From a virus (Duplodnaviria > Caudoviricetes): a stretch of 58,156 nt of DNA. The notes beneath the pieces are model-generated. The model was not told where the DNA came from and did not search any database. It saw only the letters and a program-made list of their open reading frames with translations. Shown here one piece after another: positions 52,823 through 58,156 of the stretch. The stretch covers positions 1-58,156 of IMG/VR virus record IMGVR_UViG_3300021976_000015, one strand, 5' to 3'. The position numbers and the translations under genes were made by a program. The stretch's first letter is position 1; each line of letters begins with the position of its first letter.

Positions 52823-53608
52823 GTGGTTCGAACGACCCGAAAGGGTTTAGCCGTCCTGGCAGCGATCATCCTGATCCTCTCGGCGATCTTCCTGTTCGCG
52901 GGATCAGCGTCGGCGACAGATGAAGAGCCCACAGAGACCCCACCTGCACTCGTGTACGAGGTCACGCATTCAGCCGCGCTTGGCGAAGATTGCGGGACGG
53001 TGGTCATCACCGTCGTCAACGAAACCCCCTTCCCCTATGGGTGGGGATTCGCCGTGGGACCGAACGCAGGAGGTGCTGCTGGACTCCAGGGGCAGTTCGA
53101 GGTACCGGCAGGCGAGACAGCCGAACATGTGGTTCCCACTGCTGAGGACTCATTCGGCGGCGATGGGTTCGTGTCGTTCGGCCCGATCTATGGACCGGAG
53201 TTGGAGAAGCAGCCGCAGTGGAAGGCCATCGCCGTGATTACGGACTGTCTTCCTCCTGCCACCGAGGTTCCGACCGAAGATCCTCCCGCACCTTCAGATC
53301 CCCCTGTAGTCACCGTGGCGCCAACAAGTGTCGCGTCGGTGGATCTACTCAACTGTGCGGACTTCGGCACGCAGAAGGACGCTCAGGCCGTTCTCGACCA
53401 GGACCCAAGCGACCCCAACAAGCTCGACGGGAACAACGACGGTCTGGCGTGTAACGGGCGGTCCGGCGTGGACATGGTCAGCTCGACCAAGACTCTCGCG
53501 AACACCGGCACCGACACCGGGTTGCTCGTCGCGCTCGGTGCCGGTCTTCTGGTCGCGGGCGGTGGACTCCTCTTCCTAGTCCGGAAGAGCCGGGGAGCAC
53601 ACAAGTAA
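52823..53608 (+). CDS. secreted, sortase-anchored Excalibur Ca-binding domain protein
   Basis: Signal peptide ending ASA. NCADF.TQ.DAQ...DP..LDGNNDGLAC (Excalibur). LANTG followed by a TM helix and a basic tail. Confidence 0.8.
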   Translation: MVRTTRKGLAVLAAIILILSAIFLFAGSASATDEEPTETPPALVYEVTHSAALGEDCGTVVITVVNETPFPYGWGFAVGPNAGGAAGLQGQFEVPAGETAEHVVPTAEDSFGGDGFVSFGPIYGPELEKQPQWKAIAVITDCLPPATEVPTEDPPAPSDPPVVTVAPTSVASVDLLNCADFGTQKDAQAVLDQDPSDPNKLDGNNDGLACNGRSGVDMVSSTKTLANTGTDTGLLVALGAGLLVAGGGLLFLVRKSRGAHK

Positions 53609-53710
53609 GGAGGCGAACTTTCATGGGTCACAAGCGTGGAGGCGGTCTCAACTAGTAGTGAAGGGGCGCACCGAAAGATGTGCCCTTTCTCATCCCTGAA
53701 AGGAGAAAGG

Positions 53711-53998
53711 ATGTTCTGGAAAACAGCTCTAGTGGGCGGCGCGATCGTGGCCGTCTTCTTGTGGTTCGTGTACACGTTCGGCTTCGAAACGGTAGGCACG
53801 ATCTACCTCGGGTTGGCACTGACGGCGTTCTTTGTCTTCGCGATCCTCCTCTCCGTGTCGATGATCAATGAAGGTGCACCCGATGGCAGGGAGTTCTTGA
53901 CCACCCTGACCGCGATGTTCCTGAGCGCGATGTTCTGGCCGTTCATCATCTACACGTACCTCCAGACCATGTGGGCGGACCGGAAGGCCAAACGGTGA
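53711..53998 (+). CDS. membrane protein
   Basis: Three hydrophobic helices, SD. Confidence 0.65.
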   Translation: MFWKTALVGGAIVAVFLWFVYTFGFETVGTIYLGLALTAFFVFAILLSVSMINEGAPDGREFLTTLTAMFLSAMFWPFIIYTYLQTMWADRKAKR

Positions 53999-54147
53999 TC
54001 GAGTTCGACTGGGTGACTGCACTTCTGGTCATCGTGATCATGATGATCGGATTGTTCGCCGCTTACTTCCTCGGCTACATCAAGGGCCGCGAAGACACCT
54101 TCGAGATCGTGAACAAGATGGAGCGGGCGAAGAGAGGGTTGAAGTGA
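53995..54147 (+). CDS. small membrane protein
   Basis: GTGA overlap, single TM helix. Confidence 0.55.
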   Translation: MIEFDWVTALLVIVIMMIGLFAAYFLGYIKGREDTFEIVNKMERAKRGLK

Positions 54148-54287
54148 GCGACAAGAACGAGGACGCGAAGAAGGCCTACCAAGAGATGAAGGAGGAACAG
54201 GCGAAACAGCAAGCTGAACAAGTCGCGCGACAGTCGCGAATGGATCAATACCTCGCACACCTACGAGATCACGGTGGAGGGAAGTAG
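54144..54287 (+). CDS. small hypothetical protein
   Basis: GTGA overlap. MSDKNEDAKKAYQEMKEEQ... Confidence 0.5.
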   Translation: MSDKNEDAKKAYQEMKEEQAKQQAEQVARQSRMDQYLAHLRDHGGGK

Positions 54288-54289
54288 AT

Positions 54290-54478
54290 GTGGATAAGAG
54301 AGAACAGGCCAAGCAGATCTTGATCGGTCGGCTTCGCGCGTCGTACGTCGACGAATCCTGGGAGCTGGAGACCCTGGAGAAGGAGGCGGAGTGGATGCTC
54401 AAGATGATCGAGGAGACCTACTCCGCCGAGTACGTCGAAGCGACGTACGACGATTGGATCGCGAAAGAAGGGTCCTAG
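54290..54478 (+). CDS. hypothetical protein
   Basis: SD, tightly packed with neighbours. Confidence 0.6.
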   Translation: MDKREQAKQILIGRLRASYVDESWELETLEKEAEWMLKMIEETYSAEYVEATYDDWIAKEGS

Positions 54479-54667
54479 ATGGCCGTACGCGCGTTCGTAG
54501 TCCAACCCGGTACGCGGGTGAACCCCACCGAGTTCTGGCGGGTGGTGGATTACGTGAACTTCGCGAAAGCGGGGCCGATCAAGGACTACCCAGTCGTCGG
54601 TGAGTTCACAACTTTCCAGGAAGCCGAGACGTTCGCGGCGGCGTATGAGAACGAAAAGCTCAGGTGA
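54479..54667 (+). CDS. hypothetical protein
   Basis: Abuts the upstream stop. Confidence 0.6.
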   Translation: MAVRAFVVQPGTRVNPTEFWRVVDYVNFAKAGPIKDYPVVGEFTTFQEAETFAAAYENEKLR

Positions 54668-54855
54668 CCAGTTGGATAAAGGCCCCGCCGGGATTCAAAA
54701 TAGACTTCCTCTACAAACCTGGCGGTCCACGGCGGTGTGGCACGGTCGCTCAACATTCACCGCATTCGTGGGCATTGCTTGCATTCAGATCGAATGAAAA
54801 ATCGACTGAGTACTGGTGTTTCGGTGGTGGAGAGAAGAAGTCCGATGGCCACTGA
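54664..54855 (+). CDS. hypothetical protein
   Basis: GTGA overlap. Confidence 0.45.
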   Translation: MTSWIKAPPGFKIDFLYKPGGPRRCGTVAQHSPHSWALLAFRSNEKSTEYWCFGGGEKKSDGH

Positions 54856-54906
54856 TCTTCGCGATGTTCGACTTGAAGTTGTGGAAGCCGAGGACGTCAG
54901 CGCGAG

Positions 54907-55143
54907 GTGGGCGTCTACTACACCAACTCTGACGACACCGTCGTGTACGGCAGAGGACGTGGCGCGATGTGGGAGGCAGTCCACGCTGCTCGGGATTACC
55001 CGAACCGAAAAAGCCTCATGGTGAGTTTCCGCAAGACGGTTATCTACTTCCATGGTCCCCATCACACGTTCGAAGATTGGGCGCCGCTCGGCACCACGAT
55101 CGTCATCAAAGGCAAAACCGGAATCAAACCCAGAAAGGAGTAG
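54907..55143 (+). CDS. hypothetical protein
   Basis: Fills the gap between neighbours. Start uncertain. Confidence 0.45.
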   Translation: MGVYYTNSDDTVVYGRGRGAMWEAVHAARDYPNRKSLMVSFRKTVIYFHGPHHTFEDWAPLGTTIVIKGKTGIKPRKE

Positions 55144-55145
55144 CC

Positions 55146-55394
55146 ATGCACACGAATGACCGGTTTTACGTGAAGGTCTATTTTGCAGACCACCGCATAA
55201 GACCGGTGAAGACAAGCGTCGGGACGAGAGAAGAAGCGATCGACCTGTACAAGGTCGGGACGTCGTTGAAGAACGTGAAGTCCGTCCTGATGTTCAAGGT
55301 CGGGAACGAGGCCGTCCCCCACGACATCATCGTGGAGTGGTGGACCCATCCCGACCACAAAGAAAACGACAAGCCAGAAACGGTGGCGCCATGA
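55146..55394 (+). CDS. hypothetical protein
   Basis: AAGGAG SD. Confidence 0.6.
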   Translation: MHTNDRFYVKVYFADHRIRPVKTSVGTREEAIDLYKVGTSLKNVKSVLMFKVGNEAVPHDIIVEWWTHPDHKENDKPETVAP

Positions 55395-55537
55395 TGTGGA
55401 AGCAGCGAAGACGTAGGGCCAGCAAGCGCGATCCAGAACCACCGACCGAGGAACGGTCGGTACCCAGTGCTCGAATCGATCTCGATGACCTGATCGAGAA
55501 GATGCGAACCGATCTCAGTGAGGAGGACAAGGCATGA
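55391..55537 (+). CDS. small hypothetical protein
   Basis: ATGA overlaps at both ends. Confidence 0.45.
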   Translation: MMWKQRRRRASKRDPEPPTEERSVPSARIDLDDLIEKMRTDLSEEDKA

Positions 55538-56088
55538 CGAAGGCAGAAGTGATCACCGAGGCCGCTCCTCACTACGGGGAGGACTACGACAGCATGGTGG
55601 CGTCGTGGACGAACGAGGACACGATGAGCCAGATCTTCCATGCGATCCAGCAGGGGTATCTCGACAACAAGGCAGCGGACATCGTTCGCGCCCTGATGGA
55701 ACGCCGCGCACACCTGGCGGAGTTCGGCGTGGTCCCCGCATTGAAGACCATGAACAGGCCCACGCCCAAGGTCACGAACCCCACACCGAAGTTGGTCGCC
55801 GTCGACAGAATGACGTTGTCGAATGGCGACCCCAAGGCGTTCATCGAGTACAACAACATTTTCTACCTCAAGGCTGGCTTGATCGGCATGGAGTTCACCT
55901 TCGACGAGCGGCGGGCACGCACCGGTCTTGAGGGTGTTCGCGCACGAATCCAGGGCTGGAGCAAATCGGTCGCCACGGTGTACTTCCTGGACAGGCCGCA
56001 CAAGAAGGGTCCTGCACTGAATGCCTTCAACTCCAGGTCGACGATGTACATGAAGCACGAACTGGTCGCGCCCTACCTCTTCTCGTAA
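55534..56088 (+). CDS. hypothetical protein
   Basis: GAGGAGG SD, 184 aa. Confidence 0.7.
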   Translation: MTKAEVITEAAPHYGEDYDSMVASWTNEDTMSQIFHAIQQGYLDNKAADIVRALMERRAHLAEFGVVPALKTMNRPTPKVTNPTPKLVAVDRMTLSNGDPKAFIEYNNIFYLKAGLIGMEFTFDERRARTGLEGVRARIQGWSKSVATVYFLDRPHKKGPALNAFNSRSTMYMKHELVAPYLFS

Positions 56089-56146
56089 TTCCACAGCACA
56101 CAACCAAGAATCCAAACCCAAACCTAGATTGGCGGAGATCAACAAC

Positions 56147-57178
56147 ATGTCCAACTCCACGCGCAGCGAGACCCTGGCGAAGCCCCGTCAGGTGGTCACC
56201 GAGCGCGCGACAGACACCAACCACCAGGAAGGCACCAACCCGACCACGGTCGACCCTCAGGCCGTTCCCGACATCGCCTCGGTTCCGCCGAGGGAGGTGT
56301 TCGATTCGTATGTTGGTCGCCAGGTCGGCGGCCAGGACTACATGAACGTGTTCGGCTACGCCCGTGCGCACCACGTCAACTGCCTCATCGAGGGTCCGAC
56401 CGGTTCCGGTAAGACCCACGCGGCACGCGCGTACGCCGCGCACGAGGGGATGCGCTTCTACTCGGTGTCCTCCTCGATCGGCCTGGAGCCCTCACAGCTC
56501 TTCGGCAAGTACATCCCCAACACCGGTCCAGGTGGGGGCTTCGTGTGGCAGGACGGCCCCGTCACGTCGCTTGTGCGGCACGGTGGTTTGCTCCTCCTGA
56601 ACGAGGTCAACTTCATCCCGGAGAGGGTCGGTACGGTTCTGTTCTCGCTGCTCGACTCCCGTCGTGAGATCCAGCTCGTGGACCACAAGGCGGAGGTCAT
56701 CAAGGCGCACCCAGACCTGTTGATCGTCGCGGACATGAACCCCGACTACGCGGGTACTCGGGCGCTGAACGCGGCGTTCCGCAACCGGTTCGGCATTCAG
56801 CTTTCCTGGGGGTATGACACCGACATCGAGGCCAAGCTCATCGCCAGTGCGACCCTGCGCAAGATGGCCGCTCAGCTTCGGAAGTCGCACGCCGAGGGCA
56901 AGCTGGAGACCCCCATCTCGACCAACGCGCTCATGGAGTTCGAGCGCATGGGGAAGGCGCTTGGTTTGGACTTCGCTCGGTACAACTACGTCCAGCACTT
57001 CGCTGAGGAGGAGCGCGCGGCGGTGGACAAGGTGTTTGACACCTACAAGCACGCCCTGCGCACCGAGTTCGAGGTCGACGAGGACAAGGCGGGCGAACAC
57101 GATTCCTTTTGGGGGATCGAGAAGGAGTCCCTCAACTGGGTCTACGAAATCGACGGAAGCAACAACAAGTCCGCGTAG
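56147..57178 (+). CDS. MoxR/CbbQ-NirQ-NorQ-type AAA+ ATPase
   Basis: GPTGSGKT, F.WQDGP, LLLNEVN and MNP.YAGTRALNAAFRNRF motifs. Confidence 0.9.
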   Translation: MSNSTRSETLAKPRQVVTERATDTNHQEGTNPTTVDPQAVPDIASVPPREVFDSYVGRQVGGQDYMNVFGYARAHHVNCLIEGPTGSGKTHAARAYAAHEGMRFYSVSSSIGLEPSQLFGKYIPNTGPGGGFVWQDGPVTSLVRHGGLLLLNEVNFIPERVGTVLFSLLDSRREIQLVDHKAEVIKAHPDLLIVADMNPDYAGTRALNAAFRNRFGIQLSWGYDTDIEAKLIASATLRKMAAQLRKSHAEGKLETPISTNALMEFERMGKALGLDFARYNYVQHFAEEERAAVDKVFDTYKHALRTEFEVDEDKAGEHDSFWGIEKESLNWVYEIDGSNNKSA

Positions 57179-57194
57179 AGCCAAAAGGGTGAAG

Positions 57195-57232
57195 GGAGGT
57201 CCGGTCACCACGACGGACCTCCGCTCTCTTTC
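57195..57232 (+). terminator. intrinsic terminator-like hairpin
   Basis: GGAGGTCCG / CGGACCTCC followed by CTCTCTTTT. Confidence 0.5.
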
Positions 57233-57286
57233 TCAAAAGTCAACCTTTCATTCCGGATACAAAGCTAAAACGAGTAGGAGGAAATA

Positions 57287-58156
57287 GTGAGTGTGAGATG
57301 GGGCCGCCGAATCCTGTCGGACGAAGAGTTGCTGATGTACCGGCAGGATTCTCTGGCCCGAGACTTCGCGAAGTTGAACACCATCCTGTCCGGCTTGAAC
57401 TGCGACGCCCACTTCAGGGGTGACGAAGGAAACAGCGGCGACGGTGTTCCGGCCATGACCAGGGCCATGAAGAAGTGGGGAAAGTGGGGGTCGGAGATCG
57501 AGACGATCTTCAGCCGCGACCAGTTTCGCCTGGACAGCCAGGAAAACGAGGTGTTGGCGCAGGGCGTGGATTACCACGAGCTGGGTCACATTATGTTCAC
57601 CCCACTCAAGGGCCTACCGGGTATCGACACCAGTGATGACTTCGAATTGGCCATCTTCAACGTCGTGGAAGATGGTCGTATCGAGCGTTTGACAGCAGTG
57701 GCCTACGAGTCGATTGTTCCGTACCTGAACTTCATGGTCTCGGAGCTTCTGCTCGAAGAGAACGACGTGGTGGGCAACGGGTACGTCTTGATCTACGGGC
57801 GGAAGTATCTTCCTCAGGGCGTCATCGACTACACGCGGGAGAACTTCAAGAAGCTCGCAAAGGAAGCCGAACGCAACAGGAAGCCCTTCGTCAAGGACGT
57901 GGAGGACTTCGTCAAGGAGTTCGAGCCGTTGGTCGATGAGTACATCGAGCTGATCATTCCTGGTACCAAGGCGGACGAGACGCGCGCCGTGGAGATCGTG
58001 AAAGCGATCAAGGCCCTCTTCGAGAAGCACGGCATCAAGCCCCCCAAGTCCCACATGCACACCGACAAGAACGGCTACGGCGAGTTGGTGCCGGGAGGTG
58101 GCAACAAGGGCGGAAAGGGCGATCGGGCCGAGCAGGAGGAACTCCAGGGCGAGGCG
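57287..58156 (+). CDS. MoxR partner protein, N-terminal metallopeptidase-like domain (probably CobT/VWA type); truncated by window
   Basis: GTG after AGGAGG. Contains YHELGHIMFT (HExxH) and FNVVEDGRIER. Open to the window end. Confidence 0.75.
   Translation, partial: MSVRWGRRILSDEELLMYRQDSLARDFAKLNTILSGLNCDAHFRGDEGNSGDGVPAMTRAMKKWGKWGSEIETIFSRDQFRLDSQENEVLAQGVDYHELGHIMFTPLKGLPGIDTSDDFELAIFNVVEDGRIERLTAVAYESIVPYLNFMVSELLLEENDVVGNGYVLIYGRKYLPQGVIDYTRENFKKLAKEAERNRKPFVKDVEDFVKEFEPLVDEYIELIIPGTKADETRAVEIVKAIKALFEKHGIKPPKSHMHTDKNGYGELVPGGGNKGGKGDRAEQEELQGEA

Overview
This window is part of a tailed dsDNA phage genome (siphovirus type, about 60% GC). The host is probably an actinobacterium, judging from a WhiB-like gene and an LAxTG sortase substrate. 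From left to right: (1) a minus-strand operon of small, mostly acidic proteins (1-4541), including ArdA-like and Ocr-like anti-restriction candidates, with eight intact type II hammerhead ribozymes at its gene boundaries; (2) a tRNA-like mini-structure and about 400 nt of structured non-coding RNA at the head of that operon; (3) terS, a WhiB-like gene and about 9 kb of small genes that include two tandem paralog arrays; (4) terL, a portal-MuF fusion, a 2H phosphoesterase, protease, HK97-type capsid, neck, tail and lysis genes, plus two HNH genes; (5) minus-strand primase (with a large odd insertion) and DnaB helicase; (6) a rightward block with a sortase-anchored Excalibur protein and a MoxR-type AAA+ / metallopeptidase-like partner pair. 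The standout candidate for a new system is the ribozyme-punctuated anti-defence operon. Self-cleavage would cut it into end-protected mRNA cassettes of one to three genes, and each cassette carries complementary hammerhead halves that could let it circularise. All calls come from reading the sequence by eye; no database search or folding program was run.
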